Part shown: positions 27,810 through 36,514 of the stretch, in pieces | Layout of the letters: every line of letters begins with the position of its first letter | How positions within the stretch are numbered: the stretch's first letter is position 1 | Source: a virus | DNA: 64,000 nt | Reading direction: 5' to 3' (one strand) | Virus record (IMG/VR): IMGVR_UViG_3300045996_004119 | Location: 1-64,000 of that record | Made by a program: the position numbers and the translations under genes | Notes under the pieces: model-generated | Database searches by the model: none | What the model was told of the DNA's origin: nothing | Seen by the model: the letters and a program-made list of their open reading frames with translations, nothing else

Positions 27810-29001
27810 CGTGAAGTGGTGGGTCTTCCGGCGCGCCGGCTCGAAGCGCTTCACCTTCTCGTGGGCGCCCGACCCGGAGAACCCGAAGACCCGCAAGCAG
27901 AAGCTGCTCCCGCCGGAGCTCCGCACCGAGGGGCAGGCGACCGCTTACGCGCGCGCTCACCTCGACGAGCTCACCGACGCGCGCGCGCCGAAGCGCAAGA
28001 CGATCGCTGGGCCCACCGTCGGCGAGCTCGCCGAGAAGTGCATCGAGTACTGGAAGGCCGACGACCGCAAGGCGTGGTCGACGATCACCGACCGCGCCTC
28101 GCACATGAAGAAGTGGATCGTCCCCATGCTCGGCGCGGAGCCCGTGCTGAGCATCGGGGTTCCTCGGCTTCGCCAGTTCGTGCGCGACATCCGCGTCCAG
28201 GTCGCCGCGTACACCTGCCGGAACATCTTGAGCACGCTGACGATCTTCCTGAACGACATCGTTGCCGAGGGCTGGGTCTCGATGGACGCGAACCCGGCGG
28301 AGCACCAGGCCGTCCGGAAGGAACTGCCGGAGCAGGCGCCGCGTGCCGGCCGCTCGCAGAAGCTCCGCACGTCGCTCGACCGCGTGCAGGGGCTCATCGA
28401 CTGCGAGGAGGTGCCGCGCATCCGCCGCGTGCTCTACGTGTCGGTCACCACCTCTGGCCTGCGCGCGGGCGAGCTGTTCGGCGTCCGCCTCTCGCGTCTG
28501 CACCTCGACGCAGACCCGCCGCGTGTCGAGATCGAGAAGGCCGCGCAGCTCAAGCACCGGGACGGCCACGCGAAGCTCGGGAAGACGAAGACGACCGGCA
28601 GCGTGCGGACGATCCCGCTGCACCCGGCTGCCGAAGCGGCGATCCGCGGCTGGCTCGCCGACGGCTGGGAGAACCTCGTCGGCCGCGCACCCCGCCCGGA
28701 CGACCTCCTCTTTCCGCGCGAGGACGGCGAGCCGTGGCGGCCCAAGATGGCGGAGCTCTTCCGCGAGGACCTGAAGCGCATCGGAGCCCCGACGCACGTG
28801 GACGGGCTGCCGCTCACCTTCCACGGCCTGCGCGGGCTCTTCGCCCAGACGCTCCGCGCCGAGGGCGTGCCGTACGACGACCGCGCCGGGCTCATGGGGC
28901 ACACGCCGAAGGGTGTGGAGCAGCGGCACTACAGCGAGGGCGACCTGCGTGTCGCACATGAACAGGTGAGCCGGATCAAGCTCACGTGGAGGGACGTGTG
29001 A
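27802..29001 (+). CDS. int: Tyrosine integrase
   Basis: Catalytic R (SGLRAGEL), K (KTKT), HxxR (FHGLR), MGH and Y (RHYS). Confidence 0.93.
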   Translation: MVDVKWWVFRRAGSKRFTFSWAPDPENPKTRKQKLLPPELRTEGQATAYARAHLDELTDARAPKRKTIAGPTVGELAEKCIEYWKADDRKAWSTITDRASHMKKWIVPMLGAEPVLSIGVPRLRQFVRDIRVQVAAYTCRNILSTLTIFLNDIVAEGWVSMDANPAEHQAVRKELPEQAPRAGRSQKLRTSLDRVQGLIDCEEVPRIRRVLYVSVTTSGLRAGELFGVRLSRLHLDADPPRVEIEKAAQLKHRDGHAKLGKTKTTGSVRTIPLHPAAEAAIRGWLADGWENLVGRAPRPDDLLFPREDGEPWRPKMAELFREDLKRIGAPTHVDGLPLTFHGLRGLFAQTLRAEGVPYDDRAGLMGHTPKGVEQRHYSEGDLRVAHEQVSRIKLTWRDV

Positions 29002-29133
29002 TCGCGATGTGCGAGCCGATCCATGGCGCCTGCGGCGTACCGTTACCGCGCGCTGTACCGAAGCGCCACCGCGCAGCACAGCGCGGAAACGGCGGCATGC
29101 TGAGCGCTCTGCGCTGTGCTGCGCGCAGTCGGC

Positions 29134-29183
29134 TCGGTTTCCTAAACCGAAGGTCGCAAGTTCAATTCTTGCCGGGGGTGCCG
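29134..29183 (+). other. att core: 3' half of tRNA-Arg(CCT) (putative attP)
   Basis: Anticodon arm TCGGT-TTCCTAA-ACCGA, variable loop AGGTC, T arm GCAAG-TTCAATT-CTTGC, acceptor 3' strand CGGGGGT-G; no D arm or 5' acceptor strand upstream. Confidence 0.88.
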
Positions 29184-29254
29184 AGAAACCCCGGATCGTG
29201 TGCAACCGACTCGGTATGTGCGCACATCCGGCGGCACACACGGCCGCGGTGGGC

Positions 29255-29263
29255 TTATCCACA
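29255..29263 (+). promoter_or_regulatory. Consensus DnaA box TTATCCACA next to the att core
   Basis: Exact 9-mer match; function inferred only. Confidence 0.4.
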
Positions 29264-29410
29264 TCTCGGGCAATCACCCTGCGCGCGTGAGCAGGAGTCG
29301 AGCCGACGAAGAGCGCTGACCGCGGGTCGCGCTGGCCGGCTCGCCCAGGGCGCGCTCGATGCCGCTGAGGCCTCCGTCGCCTCGCGCTCCGGCGCGGCGG
29401 GAGGTGGCCG

Positions 29411-29914
29411 GTGAGGCGCCTCGACGCCGCCATCCGCCGGGCGCTCGCCGCCATCACCGCGCGCCTCGCGCCGCCGCGCACCTACGGCGGTCACGCCGGC
29501 CCGTACCTGAGCCGCTGGACGCTCCTCGGCGCCGGGAAGTACCGCTGGCGCCTCTGCCTGCACCACTTCCACCGGTCCGACGAGGATCTGGAGCTCCACA
29601 CCCACCCGTGGGCCTGGGCCGTGGCCATCCAGCTTGCCGGCGGCTACCGCGAGGAGCGACGGGAGCGCCGCATCTGGGGCGACGTCGTCCGGGTGCACGT
29701 GCGCCGGCCCGGCCACGTCGTCTTCCTCCGCGCCGACACCGCGCATCGCGTCGACCTCCTCGATGAGGCGCGCGGATCCTGGTCGCTGATCCTGACCGGC
29801 CAGGTCGTCGCCTCGTGGGGCTTCTGGGACCGCGAGACCGGCCGCGAGACCCCGTGGCGCGAGTTCATCGAGGGCAAGGGCCTCGTCCCGCTGAAGCCGG
29901 AGGTGAGGCCGTGA
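29411..29914 (+). CDS. Cupin-fold hypothetical protein
   Basis: LHHFHRSD...LHTHPW...GGYRE...AHRVDL...LILTG. Confidence 0.7.
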   Translation: MRRLDAAIRRALAAITARLAPPRTYGGHAGPYLSRWTLLGAGKYRWRLCLHHFHRSDEDLELHTHPWAWAVAIQLAGGYREERRERRIWGDVVRVHVRRPGHVVFLRADTAHRVDLLDEARGSWSLILTGQVVASWGFWDRETGRETPWREFIEGKGLVPLKPEVRP

Positions 29915-30339
29915 CCCGCCGCCGTCCCCTCCCGCGCCTGCTCCGCGCCCAGCTCTGGCGCCCGCGGCATCTCGCGCCGCTCGGCCTCGACGAGCTCTGG
30001 CTGCTCGCGGCCGTACTCCGCTCCGAGGCGCCGCAGGTCGGCCTCGGCGAGGTGGCACGCCTCGCGGCGGAGGCCGGCTACCCGCTCTCGCTCCGCGCCG
30101 TCGGCTGCGCCCGGACCAGGCTGCGCCGCCGGGGGCTCTGCCTGCGCCACGGCAACGGCGGCGACCGCGTGTCGCTCACGCTGGCTGGTCGCCTCGTCGC
30201 CCAGGTCGAGGCCGCGCACCTGCTCGCCCCTGCCGTCCGCCGTCCTGCCGCCGCGGCGCCCGCCGTCGAGGTGTGGTGCTGCGCCCCGCGAGCGCCGAGC
30301 CGCCAGACCACCACCCCAGCCCAGGAGTCGATCCGATGA
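29911..30339 (+). CDS. Hypothetical protein
   Basis: Coupled GTG. Confidence 0.55.
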   Translation: MTRRRPLPRLLRAQLWRPRHLAPLGLDELWLLAAVLRSEAPQVGLGEVARLAAEAGYPLSLRAVGCARTRLRRRGLCLRHGNGGDRVSLTLAGRLVAQVEAAHLLAPAVRRPAAAAPAVEVWCCAPRAPSRQTTTPAQESIR

Positions 30340-30881
30340 GCAATCACGTCGTGCTGCGAGGCAACGGCTTCGCCTGCCTGAACTGCGGCCAGAGCTACGA
30401 GCCGGCCGTGCCGTGCCCGACCAACATCTGGGCCGCTTCCGCGAAGACCTTCGACAAGGACCACCGCCGCTGCAAGGCGCCGGACGTTCCGGTGTGCGGC
30501 TTCTGCCGCGCCGCCGACCACGACGACGAGGGGCACGTCGTCGCGACGGTGAAGCACCCGAAGGACTGGCCGAGCTGCGGGGACACGGGCCTGAGCTCCA
30601 AATCGATCTGGCAGCACATGACCGGGCTGACGATCGCCGACCGCTGGTCCGGCAGCATGAGTTACCCGCTCGATCCCGACGACTTCGGCCGCTGCTACAG
30701 GCTGCTCTCCGCGCCGTGGGCGGCCGAGTGGCGTACCCGGATCGGCGAGATGGCGAAGTATCCGGGATGGGCCGGGCTCGTGGCCAGGTGGGACGAACTG
30801 GAGGCGCTCTACCGCGAGGAGCGCCCGGCTGGGAAGGCGCCGAAGCTCTACGCCGCGATGCAGGAGGCGCTCGGCCGATGA
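30336..30881 (+). CDS. Phage hypothetical protein with N-terminal Zn motif
   Basis: CLNC; YPLDPDDFGRCYRLL. Confidence 0.75.
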   Translation: MSNHVVLRGNGFACLNCGQSYEPAVPCPTNIWAASAKTFDKDHRRCKAPDVPVCGFCRAADHDDEGHVVATVKHPKDWPSCGDTGLSSKSIWQHMTGLTIADRWSGSMSYPLDPDDFGRCYRLLSAPWAAEWRTRIGEMAKYPGWAGLVARWDELEALYREERPAGKAPKLYAAMQEALGR

Positions 30882-31096
30882 AGCTTCGCAACCGACCACG
30901 CACCTTCGCCAGCTTCGAGCGCGTCGCCGACGGCCCGCGCGGCTACGTCCCGCCGGCGGCCTGCGACACCTGCGGCACCAGCGACGACGACGAGCACGCC
31001 ACGTGGTGCCGGAGCTCCGGCCACGGCCGCGCGGTCCAGGCGGCCGCCCACCACGTCGGCTCGGTTCACGCGTCCCTGCCCGGCGAGGAGGCGTGA
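30878..31096 (+). CDS. Small Cys/His-containing hypothetical protein
   Basis: CDTC...H..WC. Confidence 0.55.
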   Translation: MKLRNRPRTFASFERVADGPRGYVPPAACDTCGTSDDDEHATWCRSSGHGRAVQAAAHHVGSVHASLPGEEA

Positions 31097-31593
31097 TGGC
31101 GCTCGCCGCTGCGATGCTTTCTTTCGCCCTGCCGCCGCCTCCGCCCGGGGCGCCTGCGGTCCGGGTTCTCCTCGGCCGCGCCGCCCGGGTCGCTCCGCAG
31201 GCGATCGAGGGCGACATCGACCGGGAGGCGCTCGCCATCCTGCGCGGCGCCGCGACCGAGCAGCGCGTGCTGCGTCTCCTGGTCGCCGGCATTCTCGCCG
31301 CCACCCTGCCGCGGTGGATCACCGGCGCCCGCCTCGGCTCCTGGATCGAGGACCGCGCCGGGGTCGACGTGATGGTCAGCTGCGATGACGGCGACCACGC
31401 GCTCCAGGTGAAGAGCAGCCGGCTCGGGATGCTCAAGTTCATCGCGCAGCGGGCGTGCCTGACCACGCGCGAGCCGCGCGGGGTCGTGGTCGTCCTCGAC
31501 GAGATGCCGGACCGGGTGGTGCGTGGGCAGCTCGTCGCTGCGCTCAACACGTTGCGCCTCGAGCGCCGCTTCGCCGCGGAGGCTTCGCGATGA
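31096..31593 (+). CDS. Putative PD-(D/E)XK nuclease-like protein
   Basis: EDRAGVDVMV...ALQVKSS. Confidence 0.5.
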   Translation: MALAAAMLSFALPPPPPGAPAVRVLLGRAARVAPQAIEGDIDREALAILRGAATEQRVLRLLVAGILAATLPRWITGARLGSWIEDRAGVDVMVSCDDGDHALQVKSSRLGMLKFIAQRACLTTREPRGVVVVLDEMPDRVVRGQLVAALNTLRLERRFAAEASR

Positions 31594-31871
31594 GCGACGC
31601 CGGCATCGTCGCGATCGGCGCCCTGCTCGTCTTCGTCGCCGCCAAGGGCGAGGAGATGCTCTGCATCTTCTCCGAGCGCACGGCGTTCGCGCTCGGCCTC
31701 ACGGCGGCGCTGGTGCTCGTCCAGGGCCTCGTCCTGGGCGCCGAGCGGACGTGTCGCTGCACGAGGCACGAGGCGCAGGCGCTCGCCGCAGCGCAGCGAG
31801 CACCGTACGCAGCGACCCGAGCTCCGAACGTAGCGGCGCGAGCTTCGTACGCAGAGGAGGCCACCCGATGA
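31590..31871 (+). CDS. Small membrane protein
   Basis: Two hydrophobic segments. Confidence 0.55.
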   Translation: MSDAGIVAIGALLVFVAAKGEEMLCIFSERTAFALGLTAALVLVQGLVLGAERTCRCTRHEAQALAAAQRAPYAATRAPNVAARASYAEEATR

Positions 31872-32185
31872 CCCTCGAGGACCTGCTCGCCGCCGTCTCC
31901 GCCGAGCTCGGCGCGATCGGTTACCGCGTCCCGATGACGCTCGCCGTGGACCAGGAGGGCGCCCGGTTCTTCTTCGACGCTGGCACCGAGATCCAGCCGA
32001 CTGGCCGCCGTCTCTTCCTCCGATGCGCCGCCACCTTCCTCGGTTGCGCCGTGGAAGCTCGTGTTGGCGGCGACCTTGCCGTGGCCTCGCGCTGGGCCGA
32101 GCGCGCCGAGGCGGAGCTCGACCGCTACCGCGAACCGGCTCCCGAGCTCCAGCCGTACTTCATCGCTTCCGGAGGTGCCTCTTGA
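31868..32185 (+). CDS. Hypothetical protein
   Basis: Coupled ORF. Confidence 0.6.
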   Translation: MTLEDLLAAVSAELGAIGYRVPMTLAVDQEGARFFFDAGTEIQPTGRRLFLRCAATFLGCAVEARVGGDLAVASRWAERAEAELDRYREPAPELQPYFIASGGAS

Positions 32186-32799
32186 GCCAACTCGGCCTCG
32201 CCTTCGCTCTCGACATCTACGCGCCGGCCGAGACGCCGGCCTCCACGCCAGCCACAGGGCGCGCCGCGCGCCGCCCGGATCGGAGTTCTCAGCAGGTGCA
32301 GCAACAGCAGCAACGTCAGGTGCCCGCCGTCGACTTCTCGCAGTGGCTCTCTCCGGACGAGATGGAGCGCGTCCAGGCCTACGCCGACGAGGTGATGCGC
32401 CAGCTGCACGAGCGGCCGGCGTTTCGTGATGGCGACGCGAAGGAGCGCGCCCACCTGCTGCGCCGGTACGCCGCGGGGCTGCTCCTCGCCGGCGGCAAGG
32501 CGCTCGCGCTGGCGGATCTGGTCGAGGCGTCTGGCGCCGTGGAGAAGGTCTCGGCCGAGCCAGCGCCGCCGAAGGAGAAGCGCGGTCCCGGGCGACCGAG
32601 GAAGCCATCGAGCGCTCCGTCCGCCGACCACCCCGCCGCGGCCAAGATGCGCATGCCTCCAGCGCCTCGCCTCAGCCGGACCGTGGAGGAGAGCGAGGCG
32701 CCCGCGCCGGCCGCTACGAGGAAGCCGCAGCCGACCGCCGCTCAGGTGCTCGAGATGCGCCCGGCGAAGCCGCCGCGCCGCGCTGGAGGGCAGCCGTGA
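32182..32799 (+). CDS. Hypothetical protein
   Basis: TTG start with GGAGG RBS. Confidence 0.6.
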   Translation: MSQLGLAFALDIYAPAETPASTPATGRAARRPDRSSQQVQQQQQRQVPAVDFSQWLSPDEMERVQAYADEVMRQLHERPAFRDGDAKERAHLLRRYAAGLLLAGGKALALADLVEASGAVEKVSAEPAPPKEKRGPGRPRKPSSAPSADHPAAAKMRMPPAPRLSRTVEESEAPAPAATRKPQPTAAQVLEMRPAKPPRRAGGQP

Positions 32800-33323
32800 T
32801 GCTCGCCAGCCTCGACACCAGCGTCGTCATCGACGGTGAGGCGGTCATCAGGACCGCGACGCGCGTGTTCCGCGACGACCTCGCCGCCGTTGCGACCGAA
32901 GCGGACCGCATCGTGGCCGAGGAGCTCTGGGCGGCCGAGGGCGCGCACATCGGCCCGGAGCTGCTCTATCGCCTGGAGCACACGGCGCTGCTCCACCTGC
33001 TCGTCGGCGCCCGGCTGCTCGCCCGCGTCGAGCGGATCGAATCAGAGGGCGCGCTCGTCGAGGATCGATCGAGCGGATGGCTGCGCCGGCGCGCCCCGCT
33101 CCGTCGCTGGCATGGGCGCCTCCGCACGCTCGGCTATGCGGATCGCCGCCAGACCGACCGGCGCGGGCTCCTCCGCGCGCGGTGCCGCTGCGCGTGCGGG
33201 GAGATCGTCGTCGTTCGGAGCACCGACCTACGCGGCGAGAAGGTGCAGAGCTGCGGGTGCCTGAGAGACGAGCTGACGGCCGAGCGGAACCGCGAGCGCG
33301 CGGAGCAGAGGAGGGCGGCTTGA
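32796..33323 (+). CDS. Hypothetical protein with C-x-C-x-CG...SCGC Zn module
   Basis: CRCACGEIVVVRSTDLRGEKVQSCGCLR, a module usually seen N-terminal to HNH/AP2 domains. Confidence 0.65.
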   Translation: MMLASLDTSVVIDGEAVIRTATRVFRDDLAAVATEADRIVAEELWAAEGAHIGPELLYRLEHTALLHLLVGARLLARVERIESEGALVEDRSSGWLRRRAPLRRWHGRLRTLGYADRRQTDRRGLLRARCRCACGEIVVVRSTDLRGEKVQSCGCLRDELTAERNRERAEQRRAA

Positions 33324-34183
33324 TCACCCCCGTCGTCCAGCGCTGGCGCGAGCGCCGCGACAGCTACCGGCCCGCCGGGGAGCCGATTCGGACCTCGGAC
33401 TACGAGGTGGCCATGATGCGCAGCGACGCGGAGGCGCGCGCGTTCGTGGAAGCGCACCACTACTCGGGGTCGCTGCCCGCTGCCCGGGAGCGCATCGGAC
33501 TCTACCGCCGCGGCGAACTCGTCGGCGTCGCCGTCTTCAGCCATCCGGCGAACGATGCGGTACTGAAGCGGCTCCCGTGCGACCGGCTTGAGGGCGTCGA
33601 GCTCGGACGCTTCGTACTGCTCGACGACGTCCCGGCGAACGGGGAGAGCTGGGCTCTCGCGCGGTGCTTCGAGCTCCTCCGCCGTGAGGGATACCGCGGC
33701 GTCGTCAGCTTCTCCGACCCGATGCCGCGCACGTCAGCCGCCGGAGATGTCGTCTTCGTTGGCCATTACGGTGGAATCTACCAGTCCGCCAACGCGGTTT
33801 ATCAGGGCCGAGCGACGCCGCGCACACTCCATCTGCTCCCCGACGGTCGAGTCCTCTCCGAGAGGGCCATCTCGAAGATCCGCGCCCGTGAGCGCGGCTG
33901 GAGATACAGCGCCGCGATCCTCGAGCGGTTCGGCGCGGCTCCGCTCGTGGAAAGCGATGACTCTCGCGCCTGGCTCGCGACGTGGCTGCCGCGGCTCACC
34001 CGCAAGCAGCGCCACACCGGGAACCTAACTTATCTCTTCGGGCTCGATAGGCTGACGAAGAAGCACCTGCCGCGCTCGTTGCCGTACCCGAAGCTCGACC
34101 CGACAGCGCTGCCGGGTGTCGCCCGCCGTTCGGCTGGGTCGCCGCGTCCGTCGCAACTTCGTCTCTTCGTGGGGGTCGCATGA
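33320..34183 (+). CDS. Mom-family (GNAT-like) DNA adenine-modifying enzyme
   Basis: AHHYSG, VELGRFVL.D..P.NGESW, VVSFSDP, GHYGGIYQSANAVYQG; TTG start with GAGGAGG. Confidence 0.82.
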   Translation: MITPVVQRWRERRDSYRPAGEPIRTSDYEVAMMRSDAEARAFVEAHHYSGSLPAARERIGLYRRGELVGVAVFSHPANDAVLKRLPCDRLEGVELGRFVLLDDVPANGESWALARCFELLRREGYRGVVSFSDPMPRTSAAGDVVFVGHYGGIYQSANAVYQGRATPRTLHLLPDGRVLSERAISKIRARERGWRYSAAILERFGAAPLVESDDSRAWLATWLPRLTRKQRHTGNLTYLFGLDRLTKKHLPRSLPYPKLDPTALPGVARRSAGSPRPSQLRLFVGVA

Positions 34184-34788
34184 GCCTGTTCGTCGTCATC
34201 GAAGCGGCCGACGGCGCGGGGAAGTCCACCCAGGCCCGCCGCCTCGTCTCGACGCTCATCGCATCCGGGCGCGCCGCTGCGCTGGAGGTCGAGCCGACCA
34301 ACGGGCCGACCGGCCGGCTCATCCGCGAGATGACTGGCGCCGGCGCTCGGCCCGATCCGAAGACGCTCGCGCTGCTCTTCGCTGCCGATCGCATGGAGCA
34401 CAGCCGCCACATCCGGGCGCTGCTCGACGCCGGGGTCATCGTGGTCTGCGACCGCTACGCGCTCTCGACCGCGATCTACCAGGGCGCCGCGTCGGGCGAT
34501 CCGGAGGCGGAGCGCTGGGCTGACCAGCTCTCAGCCTACGCGGTCCCGCCGGACCTGACGCTCGTGCTCGAGGCGCCCATCGAGGTGTGCGCCGAGCGGC
34601 TGCGCTCGCGGGGGAAGCCGGCGGACTTCTTCGAGAAGGCCGAGACGCAGCGCCGGGTGCACGAGGCGTATCGCCGCGCGGAGACCTTCCGCTGGGGCGA
34701 TACGGTGGTGCGCATCGACGCGACGGGCACAGCCGACGAGGTGGCGGCGCGGGTGATGGCGGCGGTGGAGCGGAGGCTCGCGCGATGA
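34180..34788 (+). CDS. tmk: Thymidylate (dTMP) kinase
   Basis: IEAADGAGKSTQ P-loop, LLFAADR, CDRY, PDLTLVL. Confidence 0.92.
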   Translation: MSLFVVIEAADGAGKSTQARRLVSTLIASGRAAALEVEPTNGPTGRLIREMTGAGARPDPKTLALLFAADRMEHSRHIRALLDAGVIVVCDRYALSTAIYQGAASGDPEAERWADQLSAYAVPPDLTLVLEAPIEVCAERLRSRGKPADFFEKAETQRRVHEAYRRAETFRWGDTVVRIDATGTADEVAARVMAAVERRLAR

Positions 34789-34885
34789 GACACCGTCGCT
34801 CGCAGAGTGGCCACCTTCTCTCATGGCGCCTCTGCTCCGCGCATGACAGAGTCCGCGCTTGTCGCGTCGCGAAGGAGCGTTGTCG

Positions 34886-35176
34886 ATGAGCGACCACAAG
34901 CAATGGTGTCCGGCGCACCCAAGCCGACAGGACGGGCGGTGTGCCTGCGCCGACGTGGAGGACACGAGGACGCTCGACCTGTTCGCGCAGGCGTGCGCAG
35001 GCGTGGTCGAGCAACAACAGCGCGCGGTGGCTGAAGCTGCCGAAGCGCAGCGTGGACCGTGTGAGTGCCCGAAGGATTTGCCCGCGTGGGAACGATGCGG
35101 TGCGCGGTGGATCCGATGCAATGCGCGCCTCGCCTTCGAGCGGAGTCGCGCGGCCATGCCCGAGGAGCTGTCGTGA
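34886..35176 (+). CDS. Cys-rich hypothetical protein
   Basis: RBS AAGGAG; Cys pairs. Confidence 0.55.
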   Translation: MSDHKQWCPAHPSRQDGRCACADVEDTRTLDLFAQACAGVVEQQQRAVAEAAEAQRGPCECPKDLPAWERCGARWIRCNARLAFERSRAAMPEELS

Positions 35177-35832
35177 AGCGTGCCGCGTTCCGCCGCCGCA
35201 AGGCTGCTGCGCCCGCACCCGGCGCGCCGGTCCCCGCGAAGAAGCCGCGGAAGCCGGCCAAGCCGTTCGACGTGGCGGCCGCGCTCGCCTTCATCGATGC
35301 TCGCCTCGCCGAGCCGCCGCCGCCGGAGAAGCGGCTCAAGGCCGGCCGTGTGCGCCCCGCCGTGCAGCGCGTGGAAGGCGTGGGCTCGCTGGTGCTCCGG
35401 TGCGTCCTGCCGCTCGACGACGCCCCGACGGAGAACCGTCTGATCGAGCTCGGCCGCATCGGTCCGTGGTCGCTCGAGAGCCTGAAGAAGCGCGTCCTCA
35501 AGCGCATGCTGGCGCAGGTCGGCGCGCGCGCGGCGACTCCCCTTCCGGGCCGAGCCATGGTCCGCATGGTCCGTTTCACGCACACCGCGCAGGACTACGA
35601 CACGGGCTGGACGAAGATCCCGCTCGACCGGCTCCAGCGCGGCAGGCGCACGCGTCCACAGGAGCTCTCGCCGGAGGTGTGGGCGCGGATGGTGGAGAAG
35701 ATGGGTCCCGCCGAGCTCGGGTACATCCGAGGCGACTCGCGACATGAGATCGACCTCGCCGCATGGAGCGAGACGGTGCCGCCCGGCAAGGGCTGCGTGC
35801 TGGTCGAGGTGTGGACGGGGAGGGCGACGTGA
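35173..35832 (+). CDS. RusA-like Holliday junction resolvase (putative)
   Basis: PTEN, QDYDTGWTKIPLDRL, GYIRGDS pattern. Confidence 0.55.
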   Translation: MKRAAFRRRKAAAPAPGAPVPAKKPRKPAKPFDVAAALAFIDARLAEPPPPEKRLKAGRVRPAVQRVEGVGSLVLRCVLPLDDAPTENRLIELGRIGPWSLESLKKRVLKRMLAQVGARAATPLPGRAMVRMVRFTHTAQDYDTGWTKIPLDRLQRGRRTRPQELSPEVWARMVEKMGPAELGYIRGDSRHEIDLAAWSETVPPGKGCVLVEVWTGRAT

Positions 35833-36512
35833 CCGAGCCGTTCCGCGTGCTGCTCGCCGACCCGCCGTGGCTCTTCCGGGACAAGCTGCCCGGGCGCGGC
35901 CGCGGGGCCTCCAAGCACTACTCCTGCATGGGGATCGATGCGCTGAAGCGCTTCGAGCTCCCGCCGCTCGCGCCGGACTGTGTGCTCTTCCTCTGGCGCT
36001 GCTCGGCCATGCCTCAAGAGGCGCTCGACCTCATCAAGGCCTGGGGTTTCACCATCAAGAGCGAGATCGTCTGGGAGAAGTGCCGGCCGTGCGGCCCGTG
36101 CAAGGGCGCTGGCTCCAGCGTGGTGCGCGGCAAGAAGACGAAGTGCCGCGGCTGCGACGGCCTCGGGATGCGCCCGTTCTTCGGGATGGGCCGCTACGTG
36201 CGCAACAGCCACGAGACGTGCCACATTGCCGCGCGCGGGCGCCCGCAGCGTCGCAACGCCACCTCGGCGCGGAACATCCTGTCGCGGTTCAAGGCACCGA
36301 TGCCGATCGGCGCCAACGGCCGCCCGATCCACAGCGCGAAGCCCGACGCCATCCACGAACTCATCGAGCGGATGTACCCGGGCCCCTACGTGGAGCTCTT
36401 CGCCAGGAGGCACCGGCCAGGGTGGGTGTGCCTTGGGAATGAACTGCCGGAGACAAAAAGCGAGACGCCGGCGGGTGGAGCCGCCGGCGTTTCAGGTGCG
36501 GAGGTAGCGTAG
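35829..36512 (+). CDS. MT-A70 family N6-adenine methyltransferase with Zn-finger insertion
   Basis: LADPPW, LFLW, AWGF, GMGRYVRNSHE, HSAKP, ELFARR, GNE. Confidence 0.92.
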   Translation: MTEPFRVLLADPPWLFRDKLPGRGRGASKHYSCMGIDALKRFELPPLAPDCVLFLWRCSAMPQEALDLIKAWGFTIKSEIVWEKCRPCGPCKGAGSSVVRGKKTKCRGCDGLGMRPFFGMGRYVRNSHETCHIAARGRPQRRNATSARNILSRFKAPMPIGANGRPIHSAKPDAIHELIERMYPGPYVELFARRHRPGWVCLGNELPETKSETPAGGAAGVSGAEVA

Positions 36513-36514
36513 CG

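Noticed and set aside
29100-29183. Complete tRNA-Arg gene
   Set aside because: Only the anticodon arm to the 3' acceptor strand is present; there is no D arm or complementary 5' acceptor strand, so it is treated as an att core
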